From Candidatus Poribacteria bacterium (GTDB lineage: Bacteria; Poribacteria; WGA-4E; WGA-3G), in contig OZ242029.1 of the NCBI GenBank assembly GCA_965205015.1, positions 3,104,001 through 3,168,000 on the forward strand: a stretch of DNA of 64,000 nt, written 5' to 3'. Below, piece by piece: positions 20,024 through 29,487 of this stretch (position 1 is its first letter; every line of letters starts with the position of its first letter). Position numbers and translations under genes: made by a program. The notes under the pieces are model-generated. The model was not told the DNA's origin. It saw only the letters and a program-made list of their open reading frames with translations, and did no database searches.

Positions 20024-20100
20024 TTTAGAGTCATCGGTTATCGGTTGTCAGTTATCGGTTACTATCGTCAACGGTTATCTATTTGCGTTGACAACGCCTT

Positions 20101-22344
20101 CTACCTTTGCTGCATTTCTTTTGCGTATGCCATAAACCGCTGTTGTTTTTCTGCGGCAATTTCTCCATCGTTCTTTAGGAAAGTCCACGCCCCGAAGAAG
20201 ATCGCATGTGCTTCCGACGCGATGGAAGCGTTCGGATGATTCAAAGATCGGATTTCAAGTATCATCGCCATTTTGTTTGTCTGCTGGATTTCAGGGGTCG
20301 TTCTGTCTTGAACGGTAACAATCGGGGTTTCATAGAGGGTCCTATTGAACCGTTCCAATATCCGTTTTAGAAACATCTCTGTGCCTTGGTTACCCCGATA
20401 ATGTGCCGCAGCCACAGTGGGTTGCTCTTTATCCCATTCGGCGTGATTAATTTGCAAATAGTACCCGCTACCCTTGATAGCGTTAACCGTCTCTATCCGT
20501 TTTTCAACAGACATTTTTGATCCGAAAGTATAAATATTATAAACCTTTGCCCCGGCGAGTTTCAACATCTTTTCCAATCTTGTGATGAGCTTCTGTGTCT
20601 CAGGTGTATCCGTTTGTGAATCGAGCACAATGACGGTCGAGGCAAACGCCCCATCTGCAATCGGGTGAAGTCCGACATCAACGACTGTCGCTTGATTTTG
20701 TCGAATGTGAATCCTACGTTTATCTGGATAATAGCCTGCTTTGGAGATGTGAAGTGTTGTGTCACCGAAACCCTTACCAGTTGTGATAAAAAAGTGTCCC
20801 TCGGCATCTGTCGTCGCCGTCAATCCCGAATCGGTTTGTAATTGTGCGTCTTGGAGTGGTTTTTTAATTTTTCTTTGCGGTTCGCTGCGGTGAGTTTTGG
20901 CATCTGATGTGCCATTCCGTCCAGGCTCCCTCGATTTTATTACGGGGTGTGTATTTTGGATTTTGGGAGGAATATGGGAAACTTGACCTTGCACAATCGC
21001 GTCGTTGATCTCCGCGAAGTGAATTGTCAACGCCTGACGCGCCTGTCGATATGAGGCTTCTACTGTCGCTGTGCCCGGCGTATCAGAGGCGTATAGATAA
21101 AACTGTGCCGAGCCGTTCTTTGAAAGTTGACACGCCTCTGTGAGTGTCCCGTTCGACGTTTGTGCGTGGATCGGTTCATCGTCCGCAATTGGCATCCCCT
21201 CAATGTCTTGTGCAGTTACAGAGATACCAACGTAGCTTTTCCCATCAGCAGGGAGAGTCTCTGTCCACGCGTTGAGATCCAACGCCGCTGCAGGGGGTGC
21301 CACCTTAAACCATTGCGGTGAAGGGAGACTGTGATTTCCATAATAATTCACCAATTCGGTCTGCACAAGATGCACGCCATTGGATAACGGTTTCTCAATG
21401 GAGACAGTAATCTGATCTGTCCCGGGATCGTAGTCGTGGGGGACATTCACATTATCAACCTTAACTCGGATGGCGTCAGTGAAGACCTGTTGACGTTTGA
21501 GCATCCACGCGCCCCGCTCATGGAGCCCATCCATCACCTGAATCCGAAGGCGCGGGGTTTTCGTTTGGGTGACAGAGGCGTGTTGCGGTTCTATCAGAAC
21601 ACCTTTCGGAAATCCGCCTTCAACGTAACGGGCAATCCCCAAAAAATAACCGTATGCCTCCTTTCTCAGATAGTCGTCCGCTTTCAGTCTCGCCTCTTCC
21701 TCTGGATGTGAGAGAAAAGAGGCTTCACACAAAACCGCTGGACATTCGGTCAGTCGCAGGACTCCAAAACCGGAAGTCGTTACTAATTTATCTGAGTAAA
21801 GTCCGGATGCAGGAGAGGTCGGCAATTGGAGTGCGTCTGAGACCCCCAGCTGGACATACCGAGCGAGGTCAAGACTCTGGCGTGAGTCATCCGCGTCGCC
21901 GTGATACCAAGTAGAGGTATAGTTAACTTTCGGATTATTAATCCCATTATGGTGCAGCGAGATGAAGAAATCAGCGCTGTTTTCGTTGGCAATTTGGCTG
22001 CGCCTCGCCAGACTCACATAAGCATCATCAACGCGCGTCATAATAACGGTAGCCCCGACTTGTTGTAACATCTCGCGTAGGTGGGAAGCTACCCGTAGAT
22101 TAATCTCAGCTTCGCGAACGCCTGTTGGACCCCGCTTGTAATCCGGTATGTGCCCTTGTCCGCCATGTCCGGGATCCAGGCAAATTGTGAAACCTTTGAG
22201 ATGCCGAGCATAAGGAGGCGGTTCAAAGTGAAAAGGGAGTTGTTGTTCCACAGGTTCTTGACGTTGGGAACAACCCGCAAGTAGCAGAAAAACCAAAAGG
22301 AATTTTAATTTTTCCTTGCGGTTCGATGCGGTGGGTTTTGACAT
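20101..22344 (-). CDS. N-acetylmuramoyl-L-alanine amidase lipoprotein, multidomain
   Basis: LLAGC lipobox, LDPGHGG, ISLHHN, AVLCE; Ig-like and carboxypeptidase-regulatory-like domains; degenerate second amidase-like domain. Confidence 0.88.
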   Translation of the reverse strand: MSKPTASNRKEKLKFLLVFLLLAGCSQRQEPVEQQLPFHFEPPPYARHLKGFTICLDPGHGGQGHIPDYKRGPTGVREAEINLRVASHLREMLQQVGATVIMTRVDDAYVSLARRSQIANENSADFFISLHHNGINNPKVNYTSTWYHGDADDSRQSLDLARYVQLGVSDALQLPTSPASGLYSDKLVTTSGFGVLRLTECPAVLCEASFLSHPEEEARLKADDYLRKEAYGYFLGIARYVEGGFPKGVLIEPQHASVTQTKTPRLRIQVMDGLHERGAWMLKRQQVFTDAIRVKVDNVNVPHDYDPGTDQITVSIEKPLSNGVHLVQTELVNYYGNHSLPSPQWFKVAPPAAALDLNAWTETLPADGKSYVGISVTAQDIEGMPIADDEPIHAQTSNGTLTEACQLSKNGSAQFYLYASDTPGTATVEASYRQARQALTIHFAEINDAIVQGQVSHIPPKIQNTHPVIKSREPGRNGTSDAKTHRSEPQRKIKKPLQDAQLQTDSGLTATTDAEGHFFITTGKGFGDTTLHISKAGYYPDKRRIHIRQNQATVVDVGLHPIADGAFASTVIVLDSQTDTPETQKLITRLEKMLKLAGAKVYNIYTFGSKMSVEKRIETVNAIKGSGYYLQINHAEWDKEQPTVAAAHYRGNQGTEMFLKRILERFNRTLYETPIVTVQDRTTPEIQQTNKMAMILEIRSLNHPNASIASEAHAIFFGAWTFLKNDGEIAAEKQQRFMAYAKEMQQR
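20860..20965 (-). repeat. AACCGCAAGG-family element inserted in-frame in the amidase
   Basis: Aligns along its length with 22302-22404. Confidence 0.8.
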
Positions 22345-22418
22345 TTGACGGACCTTTCCGTATATCCGCTCTCCATTTCATTACGAGTTACGCGTTCTGG
22401 TTTTTTAATTTTTCCTTG
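22302..22418 (-). repeat. AACCGCAAGG-family element containing the amidase start codon
   Basis: Plus strand TTTTAATTTTTCCTTGCGGTTCG...TATATCCGC...TTACGAGTTAC; other copies at 22885-22980, 25664-25748 and 27302-27390. Confidence 0.8.
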
Positions 22419-22883
22419 TCACTGACGGTTGGTGGCTGACCCTTGCCTTGTTCGGCGTGCTTTCGGACGGCCAAGGATCTCGGAAAGAATGATGCCTTGG
22501 CGAAAAGTTTGCGGCGACAAGTTCAGCAGTGATGTCGCTGGGACAGATCGCGTCTTGGTTGGCGAATCTACAGGCACTGGCGGCGGTTGGGGACCCGGTG
22601 TCTCAACAACCGGATCGGGGTTCTCCGGTTCAGGAGGTATGGGTTCTTCGACGGCCGGCACATCCTCTTTTTCATCCTGCTGCTGAATCATCTGCTCTAA
22701 TTGCGTCTCAAACGGGAAATCTTCCATGAAAGGAGGGGGTGTATCCTCGCTCTCCGCCATTGCACGCTCGTCCATTCCTCTTTCAACCTTCTGTTGCTGT
22801 GCTTTCCGCCGCCGCGCGTTGCTCAAGATAGATATCAGAATCACGATAATCAGGGGTGCCAGCATCTGGATGATACTTTCCAT
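22419..22883 (-). CDS. YqfB-like single-pass membrane protein of the floA operon
   Basis: N-terminal TM, Pro/Glu linker, C-terminal RQGIILSEILGRPKA. Confidence 0.7.
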   Translation of the reverse strand: MESIIQMLAPLIIVILISILSNARRRKAQQQKVERGMDERAMAESEDTPPPFMEDFPFETQLEQMIQQQDEKEDVPAVEEPIPPEPENPDPVVETPGPQPPPVPVDSPTKTRSVPATSLLNLSPQTFRQGIILSEILGRPKARRTRQGSATNRQ

Positions 22884-23106
22884 GTTTTAATTATTCCTTG
22901 CGGTTCGGTTAGCGGGCGTAGGGTTTTAATGTTGCTTTCCGTATACCCGCTTTCCACTTCGTTTCAAGCTACGCGCTTTTTCTAAAAAGTGTGCTAAAAT
23001 CCGTAAAGGTATTGACAACTTTAGAACACTTCCTAACTTTAGAACACTTCGAAACTCTACAGAGACTTTAAAACTTCCCGACGACTGAAAACCGACACCC
23101 TTTTTC

Positions 23107-24138
23107 CTATGAAAATCCGAGCGAGTGTGCAGACCGCGTTGTGTCTATCTCTTGCGTGCCACCGGGTGAAGCGATCGACTGACGCATCTCTGTATCGGCG
23201 AGGATATTACGGAGTTCGTAATACGTCATCACACTCATCCGCTGAGAATCAAAGGTGTCCGAAATGGCAAGTGGCACCTCGGCTTCTGCCTCGATGAGTT
23301 TGACGGTCATCTCTTCAACTAACGCTTTCTTCTCTTCCTCTTCGGCTTGTGCGCGTGCGCGACGTTCCTCCGCTTTCGCGCGTGCGATCTTGAGTTCAGC
23401 CTGCGCTTGATCGGTCTGTAATTTCGCACCGACATTCTCACCAACATTTATATCGGCGATGTCAATAGACAGAATTTCGAAGGCAGTTCCCGCCGCTAAA
23501 CCCTTTGCGAGCACCGTCTCTGAGATGAGGACCGGGTTTTCTAAAACCTGCTTATGACTCCCCGATGAGCCGATTGTCGTAATAATCCCTTCACCGACCC
23601 TTGCCCGGATCGTGTCTTCAGTTGCGCCGCCGACGAGTCGATCAATATCGGCTCTCACCGTAACACGCGCCTTCACGATTAACTGGATACCATCACGCGC
23701 AACAGCGGTGATACCAGTGGTCGGGTCATCTCGACTCGGGATGTCTATAATCTCAGGTGTAACGCTGACCTGCACGGCTTGCAGGACATCTCGACCTGCG
23801 AGATCAATTGCGGCAGCCTGCGCGAAACCGAGATCAATGTTGGCTTTGTCGGCGGCAATCAGGGCAGATACGACACTCGCCACGCGCCCTCCGGCAAGGA
23901 AATGTGCCTCCAGATCGTCAAGAGATAGATTTAATCCTGCTTTCGTTGCGTTGATCTGAGGTTCTACAATCACAGCGGGTGGAACACGCCGCAAACGCAT
24001 TGCAACGAGGTCAAAAATCCCGACCCTCACACCTGCCGCGATCGCAGTAATCCATAGACCGATCGGAACGAGCCAACTAATAATGATGATGAACAGTATA
24101 AGCAGGACGGCAATAATTGCGATCATTGTTGGTGCCAT
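23107..24138 (-). CDS. floA: Flotillin-like protein FloA (paralog 2)
   Basis: [45 protein letters not shown]. Confidence 0.92.
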   Translation of the reverse strand: MAPTMIAIIAVLLILFIIIISWLVPIGLWITAIAAGVRVGIFDLVAMRLRRVPPAVIVEPQINATKAGLNLSLDDLEAHFLAGGRVASVVSALIAADKANIDLGFAQAAAIDLAGRDVLQAVQVSVTPEIIDIPSRDDPTTGITAVARDGIQLIVKARVTVRADIDRLVGGATEDTIRARVGEGIITTIGSSGSHKQVLENPVLISETVLAKGLAAGTAFEILSIDIADINVGENVGAKLQTDQAQAELKIARAKAEERRARAQAEEEEKKALVEEMTVKLIEAEAEVPLAISDTFDSQRMSVMTYYELRNILADTEMRQSIASPGGTQEIDTTRSAHSLGFS

Positions 24139-24140
24139 GT

Positions 24141-25046
24141 TTACGATTCCTCCGTATTAACGTTCAAGTTCCCTTCACGGAACGCGTTTGCCAAAGAACG
24201 CGGGACTTGCGCTTCCGCTTCAACGACTTTCGCACGCATCTCTTGGACGCCTGCAGTCATCTCCTGTTTCCGAGCGACTGCCATAGCCCGTCGTTCTTCT
24301 GCTTTCGCTTGTGCGACGACCAAGTCAGCCTCCGCTTGTTCGGCTTGGAGTTCCGCACCGATATTTTTGCCAACGTTGACGTCAGCAATATCAATCGAAA
24401 GGATTTCAAAAGCCGTTCCGGCATCAAGTCCGCGGTCAAGCACCGTTTTCGAGATAATGTCAGGATTTTCAAGGACATCTTCATAGGTTTCAGAGGCACC
24501 GATTGCGCTGATAATCCCTTCACCGACGCGGGCGATGATCGTTTCTTCCCCCGCGCCGCCGACGAGCCGATTGATGTTCGTACGCACCGTAATACGGACG
24601 GTGGTTATCAATTCAACGCCATCTAAGGCGAGCGCACTGATTTTCGGGGTCGTGATCACCCGTGGATTGACGCTGACCTGAACCGCCTCAAAGACATCCC
24701 GTCCAGCCAAGTCTATAGCAGCCGAACGTTGAAAATTCAATTCAATTCTCGCTTTATCTGCCGCGATGAGCGCACTGACCACATTGAGGACGTTGCCACC
24801 CGCCAGGTAATGCGCCTCTAATTCGGCGGTCACGACCTTCAATCCCGCCTTGTGTGCACTGATTAATCCCTTCACAATGATATTCGGGTTCACGCGTCTG
24901 AGGCGCATCCCGATCAAGTCAAAAATTCGGAGAGGAACTCCCGCTGCTACAGCGGCAATCCACAGTCCAACGGGGACGAACCAGAAGAACACGATGATAA
25001 AAATGAGAACAACAAGGGCAATTCCCCCCGTAAATATATCTATCAT
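24141..25046 (-). CDS. floA: Flotillin-like protein FloA (paralog 1)
   Basis: [38 protein letters not shown]. Confidence 0.93.
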   Translation of the reverse strand: MIDIFTGGIALVVLIFIIVFFWFVPVGLWIAAVAAGVPLRIFDLIGMRLRRVNPNIIVKGLISAHKAGLKVVTAELEAHYLAGGNVLNVVSALIAADKARIELNFQRSAAIDLAGRDVFEAVQVSVNPRVITTPKISALALDGVELITTVRITVRTNINRLVGGAGEETIIARVGEGIISAIGASETYEDVLENPDIISKTVLDRGLDAGTAFEILSIDIADVNVGKNIGAELQAEQAEADLVVAQAKAEERRAMAVARKQEMTAGVQEMRAKVVEAEAQVPRSLANAFREGNLNVNTEES

Positions 25047-25159
25047 ATCTGTCTCCTACGAATCGTTTTCAGTTTTCAGTTTTCAGTTTTCAGTTAAAAG
25101 AGAGTTGCCAGAGTTCTAATATCTCTTGTAACGGATTGCTAACGGCTGATTGCTGACGG

Positions 25160-25645
25160 CTATTGCAAACTACGGACTACGACACGACTGCCTTCTACAA
25201 AAATTACTTCGATTTCCGTTTCTGCGGGAACAAAGTCGCCTTCCGTGACAATATCAACACGGTGTCCACTGATAAGAGCAGCCCCTGCCGGACGGAGCGG
25301 TGTCAAGGTCTTACCAGACTTTCCAACTAAATTTTCCAATTCCGACGGAGGTGCGTGGAACCCCTCTGCCTTGTTTTGCGTTTTCCCCAAGATAAAGGTT
25401 TTACCGGCAGGCGTCTCACGCATGACCGATAGCCCGACAATCGCGAGTGGGATAACGCCTATCAGCGTTGCCCCTGTATATGTTAGTGCCATCTGGAATC
25501 CGAATTCCAACCAGGCGACCCCGACACCTATCACTATAAGGATCCCGCCCGGCACGCCTGCTGCCCCGAATCCGGGAAGAATGAGCAACTCAACGAATAC
25601 TAACAGAATTCCAATGCCTATCAGGAAGATGAGAAACCAGAGCAT
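25160..25645 (-). CDS. Short NfeD family protein (TM plus OB-fold)
   Basis: ELLILPGFG, GKTLTPLRPAG, DIVTEGDFV. Confidence 0.9.
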   Translation of the reverse strand: MLWFLIFLIGIGILLVFVELLILPGFGAAGVPGGILIVIGVGVAWLEFGFQMALTYTGATLIGVIPLAIVGLSVMRETPAGKTFILGKTQNKAEGFHAPPSELENLVGKSGKTLTPLRPAGAALISGHRVDIVTEGDFVPAETEIEVIFVEGSRVVVRSLQ

Positions 25646-25818
25646 AGGTGTTCCTCCAAACCGTTTTTTAAATGTTCCTTGCGGTTCGGTCAGGTGTATT
25701 ATGCGTTGGGCACTTATTTACGTATATCCGTTGTTGCAGGCTACGTGTCTGGTAGAAAGTTTTAAAGTGTTCTAAAGTTTGTAAAGTCTCAAGCGCGTCT
25801 CATTAAACTTTCGTCACA

Positions 25819-27342
25819 TTAATCATCCTCAACGGCTTCTACGAAAACCTTAGAGCCTTCCACACTGACGACTTTAACGTTGCTATCTTGTGCAATGAAA
25901 TCGCCGACGGTGACGACATCCACCCGATTATTCGCGATTCGAGCCGTTCCGGAGGGACGCAACGGTGTCAGTGCCGTTCCGGATTTTCCGAGATACGCCT
26001 GAAAGTCCTCCGAGCTCGACGAATAGTACCCGCTCTCAGTGTCCATCACGGTTGACAAAGCAAGCCTCCGGAAAAGTTGGGTCTCCGGTAGATAGAAAGC
26101 GGCGAGAATCACCAGTCCGGCGCTCAAAATTACAGAGATCGAGAGCCACATGACAGCGGTACGGAACTCATAAGCCTTGTCGAAAACGAAGAAGATACTT
26201 CCGATCATCAGCGTGATGCCAAGAATTCCAGCAACACCGAAACCGGGGATGACGAAGACCTCTAAAGCGATAAGTCCAAGTCCAAGCAGAAAGAGTAGGA
26301 ATGCCCATTCCGCTCCGATTTTCGTCAACATGTGTCCACCGAAGAAAAGCCCTACACACAGTAAACCGAGGAATCCAGGGATACCGAAACCGGGCGTGCG
26401 AATTTCTATAAAGATACCGAGGATTCCTAATGAAAGGAGCAGCGAACTGATGAGCGGATTCGTGATAAAGAAAACAATTCTATCCGCAAGTGTCGCTTCA
26501 ACCTCCGTAATACGTGCGCCTGCTAACGTTTTTAGCCGGTTGATCTCTGAAATACCAAAGTCGCGCTTTCGTTGTGCAATGCCGTCCTCTGTGAGCGGGA
26601 GTTTGGTGCCATCTACCTCAACAATTTCGTATTGTGCTAAGAGTTCTGTGAGGGTTTCGGCTTGTGCGTCTGCGAACCCGTATTCTAATGCCTGTTGCGT
26701 TGATAGCGTGAGGAGTTTCCCTTGGGCACAGAGGATTTCCATCTCTTCGCCATCTTCTTCACGCCCAGCGTATTCTTCGGGTAGGAGTTTGATAATCTGG
26801 CCATCTGCGAGTTTTACGAGGACGAGTTCTTTGTCTACCATCGCTTCGGCGATATCCGGGTTCCGATTCTCGCGTTCTGCCGTCGCACGGATCGTTCCCT
26901 GAATATAGGAGATTGCCTTTTCGCCAACCTCCTGCCCTTGAATATTCACGGGTGCCGAGTCCCCAATTGTCCCGCCCGAAGTCATAGCGATCTGATTACA
27001 AGCGATAGAAATCATCGCTCCGGCGGATATAGCCTGTCGATTGACAAAAGCGATTGTGGGAATTTGTGTATCCTGAATGGATCGGATGATGTTTACGGCG
27101 GAATCTACTCGACCGCCCGGTGTATCTACATCGAAAACAATAGCATCGGCACCCGCCTGCTCGGCTGTTTGGATGCCATCACTGATGTAGGTACCGAGTC
27201 CGCTCCCGATCTCATTCCGAATGTCAATCACGTAAACCTGTGCGGGGTCCTGAGCGGACAGATCGCCAGTCATGAAAAGACATCCGATAAACAGGAACAC
27301 ATTTTTTAATTTTACCTTGCGGAGAAATGAAATGGGTTTCAT
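25819..27342 (-). CDS. nfeD: Long NfeD (ClpP-class protease domain, TM, OB-fold; YqeZ-like)
   Basis: DTPGGRVD, AISAGAMI, PGFGIPG, LTPLRPSG. Confidence 0.9.
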   Translation of the reverse strand: MKPISFLRKVKLKNVFLFIGCLFMTGDLSAQDPAQVYVIDIRNEIGSGLGTYISDGIQTAEQAGADAIVFDVDTPGGRVDSAVNIIRSIQDTQIPTIAFVNRQAISAGAMISIACNQIAMTSGGTIGDSAPVNIQGQEVGEKAISYIQGTIRATAERENRNPDIAEAMVDKELVLVKLADGQIIKLLPEEYAGREEDGEEMEILCAQGKLLTLSTQQALEYGFADAQAETLTELLAQYEIVEVDGTKLPLTEDGIAQRKRDFGISEINRLKTLAGARITEVEATLADRIVFFITNPLISSLLLSLGILGIFIEIRTPGFGIPGFLGLLCVGLFFGGHMLTKIGAEWAFLLFLLGLGLIALEVFVIPGFGVAGILGITLMIGSIFFVFDKAYEFRTAVMWLSISVILSAGLVILAAFYLPETQLFRRLALSTVMDTESGYYSSSSEDFQAYLGKSGTALTPLRPSGTARIANNRVDVVTVGDFIAQDSNVKVVSVEGSKVFVEAVEDD

Positions 27343-27400
27343 GGTGAATTACCTTTCTTAAATCCGCCTTTCACTTCGTTACAGGCTTGGTATTGTGTGT

Positions 27401-27519
27401 TATAGTAAAACCCGTAATTACTTATACACCAACACAAGGGCGAGGATACAATCCTCGCCAGCGGTGGTGGGGTGTTTGTTCCCTGATGAACTGTAAACAT
27501 ATTTTTGGATTTTGCTATA
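27401..27519. mobile_element. 119-bp TATAG-ended MITE
   Basis: Near-identical to 7260-7378. Confidence 0.85.
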
Positions 27520-27611
27520 AAAGAAAAATGTTTCTATCGTAATTTTTAAATAATTGGTAATCAATTCAATTATACCTGAAGACCCCGGTAAACGTCAAGA
27601 CGATTTGCAAT

Positions 27612-28175
27612 TCAATCCGATGTGAACTCTTCTTGGATCCATGCGTGGAGTACATGGTTCAGGATTAAATGGACATCCTCAACGGGCCCGTAGCGATCGC
27701 TATCCACAACGACATTCACATCGCAAATCGTTGCCAAGGCACCGCCACCGAAGCCGGTCCACCCGATTGTTTGACATCCGATGTCTTTCGCGTGTCGCAG
27801 TGCCCGGAGCACGTTCTCTGAATTGCCGCTTGCACTGATACCGATAACGACATCTCCTGGGTTCACAAGATTTTTCAATTGTTCGACGAAAACGTCTTCG
27901 TAAGATACATCGTTTGACCACGCCGTCATGGTCGCGACGTTATCCGTTAAACTGATAACGCGAAAACGGGGTTTACCGGGGACACTCGTGCCTTTTCCTA
28001 AGTCACAGGCGATATGTGATGCTGTAGAAGCACTTCCGCCGTTACCGATCACAAAAATTTGCTTTTCGGCGTAATATCCCTCCATAATAACGTCTATGGA
28101 GCGTCGGACATCTGCCAATGTGAGTCGTTCCAAAACACCTTGGAGATGCGAAATATAACGTTGAATTCTCTCCAT
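27612..28175 (-). CDS. gmhA: SIS domain phosphoheptose isomerase (GmhA-like)
   Basis: GNGGSASTASH, NDVSYEDVFVEQL, ISASGNSENV, VEDVH. Confidence 0.8.
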   Translation of the reverse strand: MERIQRYISHLQGVLERLTLADVRRSIDVIMEGYYAEKQIFVIGNGGSASTASHIACDLGKGTSVPGKPRFRVISLTDNVATMTAWSNDVSYEDVFVEQLKNLVNPGDVVIGISASGNSENVLRALRHAKDIGCQTIGWTGFGGGALATICDVNVVVDSDRYGPVEDVHLILNHVLHAWIQEEFTSD

Positions 28176-28274
28176 TTTGATTTTCCTGTTTTTCCGCCTT
28201 GGATGTATGCGCCGTAGGTAATATGCGGGCAGGCACAAGACCTGGGGAAACACCCAAGCAAAAAACCCCCTACA

Positions 28275-28399
28275 ATGAAGAATAATTTTTTAATTCGGTA
28301 ATATGCGGGCAGGCACAAGACCTGGGGAAACACCCAAGCAAAAACCCCCTACAATGTCTTTTTTGGATAGGATTACCGAAATATTTATTTAAACTTCAT
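28275..28399. mobile_element. ATGAAG...CTTCAT MITE carrying a GTAG-type REP
   Basis: About 28-bp imperfect TIRs ending in TTCGGTAAT; copies at 31505-31700, 61758-61883 and partial at 39344. Confidence 0.8.
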
Positions 28400-28483
28400 A
28401 CAGCCTATGCTACGAAAGAGGCACAGGAGACCAACGGTTTCCTATGCTACAATTAATTTTTAGCAGTATGTCGTGAATGATTT

Positions 28484-29452
28484 TTAGACAACTAATGCGA
28501 CGGCAGCGAGGTCCCCCAACGCCTCCCCTAATTGGGCAGGCGCGATATGAACCGCTTCTGCGGGACGCGTCATAGCGAACTTTGAAACCGTCTCCCGAAT
28601 CGGGTTGAGCAGGAGATCACCAGCGGCAACTGCGATAGTTCCGAGTAAAACGATGTCGGGGTTCAAGATGTTGACCACATTTGCGATACCCCACCCCATG
28701 TAGTATGCTGTTTCCGCAACGAGTTCCAAAGCTAAAGCATCACCCGTGCGCGCCGCGGCGAGCACATGCTCCGACTTGACATCTTCAATACGACCGTTGA
28801 CAAGCGTTAGCAGTGTTGTTGATGCCTTTTCATCCTCAAGTTGTTTTTGTATTGCGGCTTGTGCGCGGCGTGCGATCGCAGGACCGGAGCAGAGTGCCTC
28901 AAGGCATCCCTGTTTTCCACAGCCACAACGGGGTCCATTCGGCAAAAGTATCTGATGCCCTACCTCGCCGGCACTGTCGTTCGCCCCGTGGTAAACCTGT
29001 CCGTCGATAACAATACCACCCCCAATGCCTGTACTCATCGTCATATAGAGAACGGCAGTGTAGCCGCGTCCACCACCGAACCTGAACTCTGCGAGTGCAC
29101 TGGCATTCGCGTCGTTCTCAATCGTCACCGGTACCTGAAATTCGGATTCCAGCTGTGCCTTCAGGGGTAGTGCGTCCCATCCGGGTAAGTTCGGAGGTGA
29201 ATAGACAATCCCGGTCTTTGTATCCAACGGACCGCCGCAACTCACGCCTATCGCTGAAATAGATTTCTGTTCCAAGCCGACTTGGCTGACAACCTCACGC
29301 ACCATATCAAACAGCAAGCCGATCGCATATTCGGGTCCCTTTTCTGAGAGCGTCGGTTTACGCACCTTCCCGAGGATGTGTCCGGTCTTGTCAGCGACAA
29401 CAGTCGCCAGCTTTGTTCCACCGATGTCAATGCCGACAACGTATTCCTTCAT
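28484..29452 (-). CDS. ROK family sugar kinase
   Basis: GIDIGGT, ENDANA, GIGGG, GEVGH, CGCGKQGCLE. Confidence 0.95.
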   Translation of the reverse strand: MKEYVVGIDIGGTKLATVVADKTGHILGKVRKPTLSEKGPEYAIGLLFDMVREVVSQVGLEQKSISAIGVSCGGPLDTKTGIVYSPPNLPGWDALPLKAQLESEFQVPVTIENDANASALAEFRFGGGRGYTAVLYMTMSTGIGGGIVIDGQVYHGANDSAGEVGHQILLPNGPRCGCGKQGCLEALCSGPAIARRAQAAIQKQLEDEKASTTLLTLVNGRIEDVKSEHVLAAARTGDALALELVAETAYYMGWGIANVVNILNPDIVLLGTIAVAAGDLLLNPIRETVSKFAMTRPAEAVHIAPAQLGEALGDLAAVALVV

Positions 29453-29487
29453 AGATAGGCTTCCCATGGGCGCATGTGAAAATAAGT

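Noticed and set aside
26177-26902. 241-aa antisense ORF (also 25245-25775 and 33889-34458)
   Set aside because: Shadow frames of well-supported genes, with no motifs
28042-28333. ORFs starting MFPQVLCLPAYY and the gmhA extension
   Set aside because: Translations of REP/MITE sequence
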